From Isurus oxyrinchus (lineage: Eukaryota), in assembly GCA_026770705.1 (NCBI GenBank), contig JANJGN010000016.1, forward strand, positions 25,234,001-25,298,000: a DNA stretch of 64,000 nt, read 5' to 3'. The stretch's first letter is position 1. Each line of letters begins with the position of its first letter. Position numbers and translations under genes: made by a program. Shown here piece after piece: positions 36,221 to 50,119 of this stretch. The notes under the pieces were generated by a model. That model did not search any database, was not told the DNA's origin, and was given only the letters and a program-made list of their open reading frames with translations.

Positions 36221-36612
36221 AAGCCATATCGACATCAAAATTTATTCCTGCCAGGATTCTGCCTGTTCCACAGCACTGGGAGGCTCTGATGGAATGGCAG
36301 ATGCTACTTATGCCCGCATTCCCTTTGTCACATCAGCATTTTTGGATGCTCTCTGGTAGGATCCTGGTCTACTCTATTAATTCAGCCAGAGACTCCATGG
36401 ACAAAATTTTATGTTTTGAGTCGATTTTATTTAATTGGCATCCTTCCATCTGCAAGAGAATGCAGCATCAGAACTTTGGTGGGGAGATGATATCATCCGC
36501 TACATTTCTTTTGATGGCTGAACAAGCCGATTCTGGAAGGGCATAGTCCGCCACAAGTGTCGCATGAAATTGTCCCTTGCCGGCGATGTGGAAAGATCTC
36601 TGCTGATACCTT

Positions 36613-36980
36613 GGGCAGAATTTTTAGGTCGATGGGTGGGTGCGATTGGCTGACCGCGATCGGCCACAACTACGATTTCATGCTGGCTGGTCAATTAGCG
36701 GCCAGCCTGCATGAAACACGTGCTGAGCAACTCAGTGCTGCCGGGGTGGGGCCAGGAAGAGTTGACGTCAACGTGGGTATGGGACAGCGCTGAGAGAAAG
36801 CTCCCTGAAGGCAGAGAGCTGCCTCAGGGAGCTGCAGACCCGATAATCCTCAAAAAAGCTTTTGAAAAGCAGAAAAAACTGTCCAAGCATCCCAATCAGG
36901 CACTTGAACATATATGATAAAAATGCTGTCCTTGATTTTTATTTTTATTTTATTTCATCACGGAAACCTCATCCTCACCC
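36613..36980. mobile_element. Truncated Harbinger MITE (left half)
   Basis: GGGCAGAATTTTT start, similar to the 4906 copy, breaking off at GGAAACCTCATCC. Confidence 0.8.
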
Positions 36981-38100
36981 TTTGTCTTAGATTTCAGTCT
37001 TGATAGGTTGAGGAGTTTCTTGTCTGGTCATGGGGGGAGGTACACTCCTTCCATGTCGACAGCGAAAGAATAGGTCAGAAGGACAGAGGAAAAGTACCAA
37101 ACCGAGCAGGGACTCAGACCTAACCCTGTTTAACTCCATTTTTGAGCTCAAAAACTGTCAGGGTTGGGGCTGCTGAACTGAATGGTGCTGTGTACGTTAT
37201 CATGGAAGGTCCATACGAGACTGCAGAGATTGGGAAGGTAGCTGATTTTCTCCAGTACCCAGTAGAGACCTATCCTGCTCATGGCGCCAAATGGTTTTGT
37301 GATATCTATAAAAGCAAGGTAGGGTGGTATTTGCTCTGTCTGCACTTCTCTTAAAACTGATGTAGGGAGATGGTCATGTCTACCATGGTTCTGCTTGCTC
37401 TGAAGCCACATTGTGCCTCCAGATATATTCTGTTGGCTAGTTGATGGAGCCTTGTTAGAATGACTCTGGCAAAGGTTTTCCCAGTAACGCTGAGGCGTAA
37501 GGTGCCCTGGTAGTTGTTGCAATCCCCTTGAGCGCCTTTGTTCTTGTGTAAGGTGATGATGTGTGCGTCACGCATATCCTGTGGGACAGAGCCTACTTTC
37601 CAGGAGAGGTCATGAAGGTATGACTGCAGGTGAAACTTTCATACCTGAATAGCTCAGCTGCTATTCTGTTACTTCTAAGTGTTTTCCATTTGGTTAAGGA
37701 GTCAATGACCTTTCCAAGTTCAAGGAATGAGGATTCTGCATCAAGCTCATACATGACAGGTAGCTACAGAAGATCATCAAGCTCAGGCAGAGGGATATTC
37801 ATCTTACGTGAGTATAGCCCTGAGTAGTGCTCTATACAGCAGACCATTTTCTTGTTCCTGACAATGAGTACTTTCACATCTGTGGATTTCAAAGAAGTAA
37901 CTTTGGTGATGCAGGGGCTGAATGCGTTTTTGATATCTCAGACATAGTGCAATGATTACCATTGTCTCTAGCAGTTTGTATTTTCTTGCATAGGTTTACC
38001 TAATGCTTGTTGGCACAGTACCTTGCTGTGTTCTGTACAATTGCTTTGGCTAGTATGAGATTGTCATGTGCTTTCGGGCTAGGAGACAGGTTGTAAGCCA
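36981..38100 (-). mobile_element. RTE-clade LINE fragment
   Basis: MRDAHIITLHKNKG..DCNNYQG..LSVTGKTFARVILTRL, QCGFRASRTMVDM, YLAFIDITKPF. Confidence 0.85.
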
Positions 38101-38588
38101 GGGGAGCTGCGCTCTTGACTTCAGCGACAGGGTTTTGGGTCAGTATCCATATCAGGGTCAAATGGGAGTCCCAACTGTGCCAAGAGCAGTCATCTTGCTG
38201 TGAATTTCCCTTCATTGGCCAATTAATGTCCAGAGGACATGCTTGCCATCCATTTAAGGACAGCAGATGGGCTCTGGAAGCTGCAGGGTCAGTAGGAAAT
38301 CCTGGAACATGGAAGGAGCTGCAGCTGCCGTCACAGGTAAGGGAAAGAGATGGCACCTCTATCTTGAGGTACCCTCTCAGAAAATTTAACAAATTTGTAT
38401 CAAAAATGGCCACAGCTCCCGGACAACCATAGTGGAGGTGGGTAGCCCTTCCACCCCCGATCCCGCCTCCAGGAAAATGGCACGGGGTCGAAATGGTGCC
38501 AGCAAACCAGCACACTGACTGGCAATGCGAAATTGCATGCCTGCCCACCTCCATTCCTGCCCCCATTGGCCCATGAAAATCCTGCTGC
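38101..38588. mobile_element. Non-autonomous Harbinger-like element within the RTE
   Basis: Right end AAAATCCTGCTG, GC-rich interior with GGCCAATTAA motif; left end uncertain. Confidence 0.45.
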
Positions 38589-38776
38589 ATATCTAAGCAG
38601 TCAGCAATTGCACCTGTAGAAAGTTGTCCTTGCTGTACAGGATCAATGTGGGCCCCTGAAAGCTGTGCTAAAATGCCAATTGGACATAGGTAGCTCAGTT
38701 GTTTTTAGAACTTGGAACCCAATAGCAAGGGCATAACAGAAAAGAGCATCTCCAGCCTTAGAATCTTTGGCTAGAC

Positions 38777-39136
38777 TAGGGTTGCCAACCCTCCAGGATT
38801 GACCTATGTCTCCAGGAATTTAAGATCAATCTCCAGGACACTGCTGTTTGCAACTCTGGAGAAATATCTTAGGGACGTTAAAAAAGTTTTTTTTAATTTT
38901 CTTTCAACATTTCTCTTTGCCAGATATAGAAACATTGAAAATGGGAAAAAAAAGGGACTGTCTGGCTGACAGTTAAGCATCATCCAATTAGGTAATGCAT
39001 CTTTTTGGTTTCCAATTTGCGTAAGAAGGCAGTGCATCACAAGAATTGATATATTGGCTGACTAATGCCTGGAGCATGTGACCAGTCATGGGTTGAAATT
39101 TCCAGGAATACACCTAATTTGCAGTTGGCAATCCTA
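38777..39136. mobile_element. hAT-type MITE (360 bp)
   Basis: TIRs TAGGGTTGCCAAC / GTTGGCAATCCTA; 8-bp flanks GGCTAGAC / AGCTACAC (6/8); subterminal TCCAGGA repeats. Confidence 0.8.
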
Positions 39137-39238
39137 AGCTACACCAGAATGTTGCACCCGCCCACGGCAACCTCCCCAAGCACAGAGGCTCTAAAATCCT
39201 ACCAGGTTCGTGGATGCCCAGTTGAGCATGGAAATATG

Positions 39239-39994
39239 GGGCTGGGTTTTATATACCCATCCCCCCCCCTCCCCCCCGCCCCCCAGGGCATGTTCTCAGC
39301 AGTGGGGGGAAGCAGGGTGCCACATAAATAGGGTGGGTGCCCAGCCCACCACCAGCCCACCCACCGCCGAGCTCACTTGGCACGAGCTATATGTAAATAG
39401 ATAATTAAGGGTTAATTGAGCTTGTTGACAAGCCAATTGACCCCGATAACATGCTGCCATAATATGGCTGGGCAAGGGCAGTCAGGCGACAGTGGGCAGG
39501 CCATTTTTTTAAGAAAATTTATTTTAAAGGGTGGGAAGGAAATAGGAATACTATCTTTGGGGGATGCACTTTGCACTCTGGGGAGGGAAGCCCTCCCTTT
39601 GCGCTTTGGGGAGAGAAGCTCTCCCTCAAAGATAGCACCCCCAACCCTTTCTTCCTACCCCGCCTGCTCTCCAATGCCCACCACCCCCACCCCCATCCCT
39701 AAGCTGACCAAATGCTCCCTGCCTAACACCTTGGACTTACCTCACTCCAGGATCCATTAAGCCTTTTTCTTGGGGCTGGTTACAGTCCCAGCAGCACCCA
39801 CTAACGAGCTATTGGCATTGCCAGGACTGTTGAAACTGCCAGCCAGTCCGAGGGCAGGACTCTGTGAGGGGCGGAAGTCCCACTGTTGGTCAAGTTAGCT
39901 TACCCGCAGCATGTTATGGCTTTCCTTCCAGGAGGAGCCAGTCATCCACACCACCACGCACACCTCCCCCCCTTCCCCCAGTAAAATGTAGTCC
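39239..39994. mobile_element. Non-autonomous Harbinger-like element (~755 bp)
   Basis: Ends GGGCTGGGTTTTA / TAAAATGTAGTCC, ATG/ACG flanks. Confidence 0.6.
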
Positions 39995-41019
39995 ACGTTG
40001 TCCCGCATAACATGAAAAGGAAACCATCCCCAGGATTATGGATGACCATGGGAACAGGATGAAAATTACACTCTACTACACTTTGGACTGCACAAATGTA
40101 CAGGCAACGGTGAGTGAAAAAAACATGGTCATTTATTAAGGAACATACATTTTGATGTATGCACGTGACAAAAAAGTTAACAATAGATATTTTAATTCCA
40201 ATTGGGTGTGAATAAAAGCTTTGACAGTTGTTTTTAAAATGGTGCAGACGCATTTTTTTCATCCTAAACAAAATCCCCTCTCTTTCCCCGATCCTGCTGC
40301 TCATTTCAATTCAAGCTGGTGTGACTTCAGTTTGTCAACATGCATGAGCAGAATGTAAAGTGAAACAGGTTTATCTACCCAACGCTTTAATGCATCAGTT
40401 GCTCAAACCATATGCATAATACTGACCAATGTGTGCATAATGCAGCTGTATCATTCATCTTGAGCACTTCATATCCAACAGTCCTAGAAATGAATTAGAC
40501 TGTCTTTGTATAAGTATTAGCCTGAATGCGATAAATGAGAAGCTAGCTATTTCAGTCACATACTGGAGATCTGAACAAACGTCATGTGTCGTGTGAAGAA
40601 TGGTGTAATATTTTGAACAGTCATTTGTTTACAAAACTTTAAAAATCTTTGAAGAAGTGTTTCCTACTAATTCCTGGTATATACAATTAAAAAAAGAGTT
40701 ACATATATCAATCAATGTACTATACAGATCAACTCACAAGATGATCCAGCAGTTAAATTGTTGCTTTATGTTACATTCAATGGGTAATGAGAAAAAGATT
40801 TGTTTTAAATTATAGAATAGTAAAATCTGGTCTACTGCTACTTGTATAAAGCTTAAATAAACAAGTTATCAATGTTTGTGTACATATGTTAAGTATAATT
40901 ATCATTCTACATGCATTGTTTAAAGAAATATTTCAGTTCTGAAAGAGACGTCAAATATATTATGGTTATATACACGAGAAGTAAATACCTTTGCTAAAAA
41001 CAAGAATAAGCTCTTCTTT

Positions 41020-41990
41020 AACTACTTGGGTGAAGTACTCCAAGACTACAAAGTCACTATCAACAACACACCCTTCCTTCCAGTACAAAAGATGTGCTAT
41101 CTTGGGAATATCCTCTCCAATAACACTGCTCTGGATGACAAAATCAACCACTGCCTCGCAAAAGCAAGCTCAGTATTTGGGAGATAGACTCACTCACAGG
41201 GCAGAATTTTACCGCCCCATTTCGGTGGGGACTGGGCCATAAAATGTGACGGGCCGTTATAAATGCCACTGACGACAGCGGGAGTGTAAAATCCCACTGT
41301 CGTAAAATTATGCTCACGGACTTTGGAAAGAGCATGGGGTTTGTCCCCAGAACAAAGGTCAAAATCTGCCAAGCAATGGTTCTTACATCACTTCTTTATG
41401 GATACGAGATTTGGACAACCTACTGGCATCACATAAAGCGACTAGAAGTATTCCATATTCGCGGCCTGAGATCAATTTGCAACATCAGGTGGCACGGCAA
41501 AATCCCCAACACTGAGGCTCTTGCCAAGTGCTCATTACCTGGCATCAAGAGCATTCTCATCAGAGTTCAGCAATGCTGGATCAGTCATTTGGTTAGCATG
41601 GAGAATTAATGCACACAAAGGGTAGTACTCCATAGTAGCTAAGCACGGGAACTTGCACCACAGGGACATCCCAAACTTAGATATAAAGGCAATCTGAAAG
41701 CCAACTGCAGGGCTTGCAAGCTGGATCCCAATACAAGGGGAAAAAACAACCTTGGACTGACCCAAATGGAAAAGTCTTTGTCATCAAGTCATTTCGACAT
41801 TTAAGGAGAGCAGAGTCAAGTGTGTTCAGGACATGTGAGCGCGGCACCAAGCCGATACTTCCATCGATCCCTCCTTTCCTAACTTCATATGCAGTTTTGC
41901 AATTAGTTATGCAAACCATGGCTTGACCTAACATCACACGAGACATCAACCTACGCTGTAAACAGGTCTTTTTCTTCTGCTGAACTCTCA
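41020..41990 (+). mobile_element. RTE-clade LINE 3' fragment
   Basis: TKVKICQAMVLTSLLYGYEIWTTY..LEVFHIRGLRSICNIRW..IPNTEAL (ORF 41310..41609). Confidence 0.85.
41199..41315. mobile_element. Short Harbinger-type MITE (117 bp) in the RTE
   Basis: GGGCAGAATTTTAC / GTAAAATTATGCTC, ACA/ACG flanks. Confidence 0.8.
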
Positions 41991-43844
41991 TCCATTGAAG
42001 CAACAGAATCAATCAAATATTTGGGTTCATTCAAATGAAACAGAAATGTTCAGAAAGTTTTGGCAGCCATTTTTAAAGGGTTTTCTTTAACATATTCTAA
42101 TATTATGCTAGTTGTGCATAATTCTGCTAGCCAGCATTTGCATTGATGGATGGTACTATAACATTTCAGTCCTATCGTGTTTATACATTTTAAATTATGT
42201 TTTAAAGAAAAACTGACTTGTCATCTTAAATTTTAAATCATGCATAAAACACTCCCACTATTCTAAAGATGGATATTTCTAAGAAAAAATCTGTCTACAT
42301 ATATATTAAAAAGTAGATTACACAAATCCACATGAAATTAGTATTTCATACATAATGGCTAAAAATAAATTACTCACAGGATAAGTTGTGCAAAATTATA
42401 ATGAACCAAACAGCTGGCATTGAATACTTCTTCCAAATGTTGGTTTACCAATAAATTAGCTCTTTGACAGGACTTAAACTCAAACACAATTCTTTCTACA
42501 ATTTTCTAAATAACTAAAACATCCAGTAGTTTCTGTTTAAATGAGCTGATTTAATCTGTCATCAATTAAGGCAGTCATTATCAACTGTCTAGAGACATCA
42601 AGGATTTCGCCATACTTATATATCCTAATAATATTTGGATAGGACCTTTCATGCAGAAACATCTCAAAAATGCTTTGTACAATGAATTGCTTTTCTTTTA
42701 AAATGCACATACTGTTGCTGTACTGGCAAATCTATCACAAATCATTCCACAAACACAACAGGACTCTTTAAGATGTTCTTGTATCTCGCCCATACACAAT
42801 AAATGGTACAAATTCACCAAAGTGTGGTTGAGATTAGATCTGGACTGCCAATATAAACATTAATTAACCCTAAGGATTCCATGGAGAAGTTTACTTATTT
42901 AGCTGGTGCCATGCCCAGGGAGCTAATAAAGCACCGGCAGCATGTGGAAGCTGGTTCTCAACCAACGGATACCCATTTTTAAAACACCGAACAGTGCAGT
43001 GTGCTATTTACCTTGACCCCTCTGTCCTTGCAAACAACTACCCCACTGTTGACCGGAGGTCACCAGTAACGGTTATTGGCTTAGTACAAAGAGAAGAGTC
43101 AATTCTCTCTTAACTCTCAATTCATTTTATTCACATCATTGGATCATATACATGTAGCTTATATGTCTGGTTAGAAATAGATATGCAGTTTACAGCAGGT
43201 TATAGAGTTTTATACGCAAACTAGGATCTAAATGCACACCCACTAGGTTTCTCTGACACTCCCTGAGCGGTCACAGAATATAAAAGCTAATACCCAAAAA
43301 GGAGAACTGACGCTCTCTTTTGACGTCATCTCTACATCGCTTTTTCCACTTCCACGATGGTTGTTCTCCAGAGTCTTCGCTGGCTCCACACCCGAGATTC
43401 TCCATTCTTATTCTGAATCTTATCTCTTCAAGCTGTGCTGTCTCTCTCTCTCGTTGGTTTAGGCATGCTCACCTAGCCCATGTCTTCTCCTTATTGGCTC
43501 TGTCCCAAGGACTTAGGTAGCATTATCTCATTACTCTTTTTCTAAATAAGGACTTGTGCCGTATCACATTTCCCTTGTTTTTCATGAAACAGCTCATTCA
43601 AACTGGTTCCAGCCAGCTCAGGACAGCAACTGAACTCAGGTTTCTTCAGTTCAAAAGTTGCTTTTGCCTGTGTGTCAGCAGTTCGGCTACAGCCCCTGGC
43701 CAACACCACCTCCAACCTTCCCTTCTTCTCCAAAGCTCCTGAATGTGCTGCCATCTCCCATGCCCATGCCCACCTTTCCCGGAACTTTTTGTTTGACCAC
43801 TGCACTGTCATCACTGAGATCATATGCGACAGTGACCATCTTTC

Positions 43845-44136
43845 ACGAGACCTTAATCCGAGGCTCCATCCACCCTCTCAAATGAATAGAAAAGCTCCCA
43901 TGGCACTATTTCGAAGAAGAGCAGGGGAGTGTCTTGCCTAATATTTATCGCTCAATCAACATCACAAAAACAGATTATCTGGTCAATATTACATTGTTGT
44001 TTGTGAGAGCTTACTGTGCATAATTTAGCTACTACATTTCCTACATCGCAACAGTGGCTGCAGCTCAAAGGTACTTCATTAGCTGTAAGGTGCTTTGGGA
44101 CGTCCTGTGCTCACAAAAAGTGTAATAGAAATGCAT
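43845..44136 (+). mobile_element. DeuSINE (SacSINE1/AmnSINE1-like); tail resumes at 46584-46597
   Basis: CCCATGGCACTATTTCGAAGAAGAGCAGGG..AACAGATTATCTGGTC..GCTTTGGGACGTCCTG Deu-domain-like sequence with an L2-type tail. Confidence 0.8.
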
Positions 44137-46583
44137 GGGCAGAATTTTGCCCTTGGTGGGCGGGCGGGCCCCACTGGCTCGGCGGGGGTCGGGCAACCGA
44201 CTCCCGCCGCCGAAATGGGCCTGCCGTCATTTTGAGTGGGCGGGCCTTGCGGCCTGCCCGACAGCGCTTCCTGTGCGGGGGGAGAAAGGGAATCCGCAGC
44301 TGTCAAAGTGTGCTCTTTCTGAGGCAAAGTGCTGTCTCAGGGAGTTTACTGACAGGTAAGAAAAGTCAAAAAATAGAGAACTGTTAAAATTATTAACATG
44401 TGCCCCTCATGTGACAATTTCACATGAGATGGGACATGTTAATGAGAAACACACAAAGTTTATTAAATTTTTAAAAAACGGACATGAAACTTCTTCCTCG
44501 AACAGAGGCCCGAACAATCCCCATCCACCACTACTCTCCTCCGTCTGGCTGAACTTGTTCTCACACTGAACAATTTCTCCTTTAACTTCTCTCACTTCCT
44601 CCAAATAAAAGATGTGGCTATGGGTACCCACATGGGCCCCAGCTATGCCTGTCTCTTTATGGGGTATGTGGAACATTCCTTATTCCAGTCCTATTCCAGC
44701 CCCCTCCCACAATTCTTTCTCCGGTACATCGACGATTACTTCGGTGCTGCTTCATGCTCTTGTCGGGACCTCGAAAAATTTATTAATTTTGCTTCCAATC
44801 TCCACCCCTCCATCATTTTCACATGGTCCATCTCTGACACTTCCCTTCCCTTCCGTGACCTCTCTGTCTCAATTTCTGGTGATAGACTGTCCCCCAATAT
44901 CCATTACAAGCCTACCGACTCCCACAGCTACCTCGACTACAGGTCCTCACACCCCGCTTCCTGTAAGGACTCCATTTCATTCTCCCAGTTCCTTCGCCTC
45001 ACTCGCATCTGTTCTGATGATGCTACCTTCAAAAACAGTTCCTCTGACATGTCCTCCTTCTTCCTTAACCGAGGTTTTCTACCTACGGTCATTGACAGGG
45101 CCCTCAACAGTGTCCGGCCCATCTCCCACGCATCTGCCCTCATGCCTTCTCCTCCCTCCTAGAAACATGATAGGGTCCCCCTTTTCCTCACTTATCACCC
45201 CACCAGCCTCCGCATTTAAAGGATCATCCTCCATCATTTCCGCCAACTCCAGCCTGACGCCACCACCAAAGACATCTTCCCTTCACCTCCCATTCTGTAG
45301 GGATCGTTCCCTCCGGGACACCCTGGTCCACTCCTCCATCACCTCCTACTCCTCAACCCCCACCTACGCCACCTCCCCCTGCAAACGCAAAAGATGCAAC
45401 AACTGCCCTTCACTTCATCTCTCTTCACCGTCCAAGGACCCAAACACTCCTTTCAAGTGAAGCAGCCATTCACTTGCATTTCCCCTAACTTAGTCTACTG
45501 CATTCGTTGCTCCCAATGCGGTCTCCTCTACATTGGAGAGACCAAACGTAAACTGGGCGACCGCTTTGCAGAACACCTGCGATCTGTCCGCAAGAAAGAG
45601 CCAAACCTCCCTGTCGCTTGCCATTTTAACACTCCACCCTGCTCTCTTGCCCACATGTCTGTCCTTGGCTTGCTGCATTGTTCCAGTGAAGCTCAACGCA
45701 AACTGGAGGAACAACACCTCATCTTCCGACTAGGCACTTTACAGCCTTCTGGACTGAAAATTGAATTCAACAACTTTAGATCTTGAACTCCCTCCTCCAT
45801 CCCCACCCCCTTTCTGTTTCTTTCCCCCTTCCTTTTGTTTTTTCCAATTATTTATATAGATTTTTCTTTTCCCACCTATTTCCATTATTTCTATATCTAT
45901 ACCTTTTATGCCCTGTTAGTCTTTCCACCCCACCCCCACTAGAGCTGTACGTTGTGTGTCCTGCCATCCATTCTTAATTAGCACATTCGTTTAGATAATA
46001 TCACCACCTTCAACACCTCTTTGTTCTTTTGTCTGTGACATCTTTTGATGATCTGCTCCTATCACTGCTTGCTTGTCCCTACAACCACACCCCCCCCACT
46101 TCTCTCCCCCCCCACCCCCCCCCAACCTTAAACCAGCTTATATTTTACCCCTCTCCTAATTTTACTCAGTTCTGTTGAAGGATCATGAGGACTCGAAACG
46201 TCAACTTTTTTCTTCTCCGCCGATGCTGCCAGACCTGCTGAGTTTTTCCAGGTAATTCTGTTTTTGTTTCTGATATGAAACTTCATCCCACCAGTGGATG
46301 AAGGTTTCATGAATAATCTGGAGTCCGCTGGGGCTTCTGGCCTGCCCGCCAGCCTTAAGCTTGGACGGGCAAGGGTCTTTAACAAGGTTAATTAGCCTGT
46401 CAATAGCCTTAATTGGCCATTGACAGGTCGACGGGCAAACAGCTGATTTCGCTGCTTGCCCGTCTTCCTAAAGATTTAAATGGACTGGGATGACGTCGGG
46501 GGTTCCTCCTGATGTCATCCCATGTCATTTTCCCCTTGGCGAGGAGGCCCCGCCCCCAAATCGCTGACGGGAAAATCCTGCTG
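44137..46583. mobile_element. ~680-bp Harbinger MITE interrupted by Penelope copy 1
   Basis: GGGCAGAATTTT / AAAATCCTGCTG ends, perfect CAT TSD. Confidence 0.88.
44494..46270 (+). mobile_element. Penelope-like retroelement copy 1 (5'-truncated RT + GIY-YIG, disrupted)
   Basis: AMGTHMGPSYACLFM, LRYIDD, HYKPTDSHSYL; GIY-YIG NLVYCIRCSQCGLLYIGET (45394..45786); flanking duplication GACATGAAACTTC / GATATGAAACTTC. Confidence 0.95.
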
Positions 46584-46596
46584 CATGTCTTTCTTT

Positions 46597-47285
46597 TGCT
46601 TCCTCGTCCTTCTTGACCTGTCTGCAGCCTTTGACTGGATTGACTACACCAACCTCATTCAACATATCCCCTCGATTGTCCAGGAGGATTCTTTTCATAT
46701 CTATCCAGTCATATCCAAAGAAGCATCTACTTTAGCTACTTTTCCTGCTCTCGCACTTTTACCTCTGGAGCCCTCCAAGGATCTATCCTTGGTCTACTTC
46801 GGTTTCTCATCCACATACGGCCCCTTGGGAACATCATCCTAAAAGACTTCAGGTTTAACACGTTCGCTGATAACATCCAGCTCCAGCTCACCACCATCTC
46901 TCTTGATCCCTCTACTGTCTCTAAATTATCAGGCTACTTGTTTAACATGCAGCACTGGCCTGCAACTCTCCGAGATTGCTGCATTCCTTCAACTCTGGCC
47001 TCCTGAGCATCCCTGATTTTAATTGCTTCACCATTGGTGGCAAAGTCTTCAGCTGCCATCGCCCTCAGCTCTCTAATTCCCTCCCTAAACCTCCTTGCCT
47101 CTCTACCCTTCTCTCCTCTGTTACAATGCTTCTTAAAACCTAGGTCTTCGATCAAACTTTTGGTCATCTGTCCTACCATTTCCTTATTTGGCTCGGTGTC
47201 ACATTTTGTTTGATAACACTCCTGTGAAGTGCCTTGGCAACCTGGCTATGTTAAAAACGCTGTATAAATGCAAGCTGTTGCTGTT
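46597..47285 (+). mobile_element. L2-like LINE fragment
   Basis: LVLLDLSAAFD, FADNIQL remnants and 3' tail ..CGCTGTATAAATGCAAGCTGTTG. Confidence 0.75.
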
Positions 47286-50023
47286 TTACTTCTAGGATTT
47301 GGCATCAAAGCTAACCTAGATGGATGGGATGAACGTTTGCTATATTCCCTGCCTGTAAGGGTTTCATGTGAAATGAGTTGGTTAGTCTCAACCAGTTTCC
47401 AATGGACAATATGTGTCTCTAATTCTGAATTAATTGGCAATTTCCCGCAGAGAGGTCTGAGAATGTTTGGTGCGGGACATGGAAAAACGTCACACTGGCT
47501 CATTAAGGAAGCTGCTGCAGAATGCTTTTCACCGCATTTAACCACATTAGATCTGAACTAGGAGCTTTTCATGCTCATACAACAGTCATATCACTGAACA
47601 TGAGGAGCACTATAACCTGATGCTAAGTGCCAAATGCCCTTGACTCATTCCCCACAATATTGATGAGAAATGCCTACAACGTTTCCAAGGCACTGAGCAC
47701 ATCACAGTGCGGCTGTCCAACACAAAGGTCACATGATGTGTTGGAAATAGTTGCTGAAAAAGAAGTCTCAATTTAAAAAACACCCCTTCCTTGCAGTTGT
47801 TGCTATGACTGCTCTGCTGTCACCCTTGCTCTGAGGCTCCTGCTTTCCAACAATGAACTTGCGCTCTACGGGTAGCCAGTAGCTCTTGACTGAATCATGG
47901 TGCATGAAGTTTTGACCCTGTCCCTAAATCATCATTAGTGATTTGCACAAGCTTCCAGAAAAATATGCAAGCCAGTTGACCTTGTACTATTGGGTAGAGT
48001 CAGCTCATTCCTAGCATATGGAGCTCTTTAATTGTGCTGACTCTGACAGCCCATATTATTGATCCCAGAGAGAGAAGTTGCTGACTGGGGTTGAGAGAAG
48101 GATCGCCTAACAGAAGTTTTATCACTGATATGGGCTAAAAGCACAAGGGGCAGGGGGTGGCAAAAGCAGTTTCCACATTTGGAGGCATCATTAGTTCTTG
48201 AACAGTCTTGGGCCTAATGGAGATTTGAGAGTATAAGAAGTGCTTTGTATGAAAAAGTAAACCTGAGGGTAATTTTGAGGCCTCCTGCCTGCTGGGGAAT
48301 GGCTTGCTGCCCCCTTCCTGCTGACGATGTGGCTGTTCCTATCTTCCTCACCTGAGGCAGGTGATAGATCCTGTTATACTCAAATCGAGGTCCAAGCACA
48401 CATGAAGAACCCCTAATTCCATTTTCAGACAGTATTGAGAGGAGTGTACATTGCACACGCACTGCCCTGTATCAGCTGGCTCTCCAGACGAGGAAAAGCC
48501 CAACAGCTCAGTTTGAGTTAATTTTTGTGGGATTAGGAAAAGAGAAGGAAAATGAGGACTGATACCATGGTGGGTCCCTCCCCCTCCCGAGAGTCAGTTC
48601 CCCAGGACTACCTTCTTGCAGCCCATAGAGCACTTGATTTAATGGTGGCTCAGAGTCAGTAGGCTGCCCCAGGGCATTCATTTTCTGCCCGCAGCTGACT
48701 AGTCCTGTGTTAATAAGGCCTGGCCTGAAAATGTTGTGGACCTGCTTTGTGACCACTGGGGAATTGGCAAACACATTTGCTACCCGAGCCCCTCTTACAG
48801 GCAAAATCTACCAGCAAGTGTCTTGGAGACAGTTTCAGCAATGGAGTTATGAGGGCTTACTTCAGGCAGAAATAGTGATGCCAGAATAGTCCATAGATGA
48901 AGGACTAAGATTGAAACCATTAAAGGCAACTGTCCTTTAGATTTTCCAGTGACATTTGAAGAGCAGGGAAAAAGTTGAACTGCCGAGATTCACACTGCAA
49001 GAGGACTCAGCATGGAGCTGAAGGATGCTGATAAATATACAATGGGATTATCAGAATAAAAGGCATGGGGACTGGATGTGATTAGAGGAGGTCATGGACA
49101 GGAATAACTAGTTCCTGCCTCCAGATAATACAAGGAATAGATTACTGCTGGCAGTTATCATTCATCTAAATATATTCAAATAAGATCCAAAAGTTTGATA
49201 AAAGGGCATAATAATTGCTATTTTATTTTAATTATGCTTAATATTTGTTCTTAAATTTAAAACGAGGGATAAAAATAGTTCCTAGTGTAGCACATGGTAA
49301 AACTAAATATTATACCTTCATTAATCTTAACTAGTGTTTTTCTCAAGCATTCCAGTAAATCGTATGCTGAACATTGCAAATGCATCGAAAATGTCTGTTC
49401 ACGTCCATTTTGTTTTGCGTTTTAAGCACTGTCAACCAACCAACCAACCATAAAATAAATAAATGGAAAGCAGAGAAATGCTATATATATTCTTACACCT
49501 TATAAAAATATTGTTTTTAAGAACATAATAAATGTTTCAAAAGAATAACTAGGCCTCAAAATGAGCTAAAGTGCCAGGATGTGGCAACCTGGAGCATCCG
49601 CTGGTGACCTCACCAAACTCATGCAGTCAAGAGGCAGTCCCTTCTTTCAATGCCATAGCAGGCATCTGCACCATTCTGCATGCCAGCCATAGGCATCAGG
49701 CTATAAAGCCTGGTGAAGGTGGCATGCTGGGTTGAGGGGCATTGTGATGGCTCTCCTTTCTCTAGCAATGGATCCACATTGCATTGTATTTTTTTTTATT
49801 TTAACAAATTGCAGGGCTTCCTCTCTCCTCTATCAATGGCCACGTAAGGGACAGATGGAGGTTTTTTCCCCCCCAACAGGCCGCTCCAGGTATTGTAGCA
49901 CAGGGCTTGGGCCTCCCAGATCCCGACCCGAATTTAAGTCCCATCTGAGAACTCATGCTGAGATTATGGTAGAAGCACGGCAATAAAGCAGTCTATGGTT
50001 TTGACAGAATGCAAAAGTGATTA

Positions 50024-50119
<96 letters not shown>

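Noticed and set aside
44612-45460. Long alternative-frame ORFs over Penelope (also 61264..62202)
   Set aside because: Ser/Pro-rich shadow frames expected from the C-rich codon bias of the RT frame; no independent evidence
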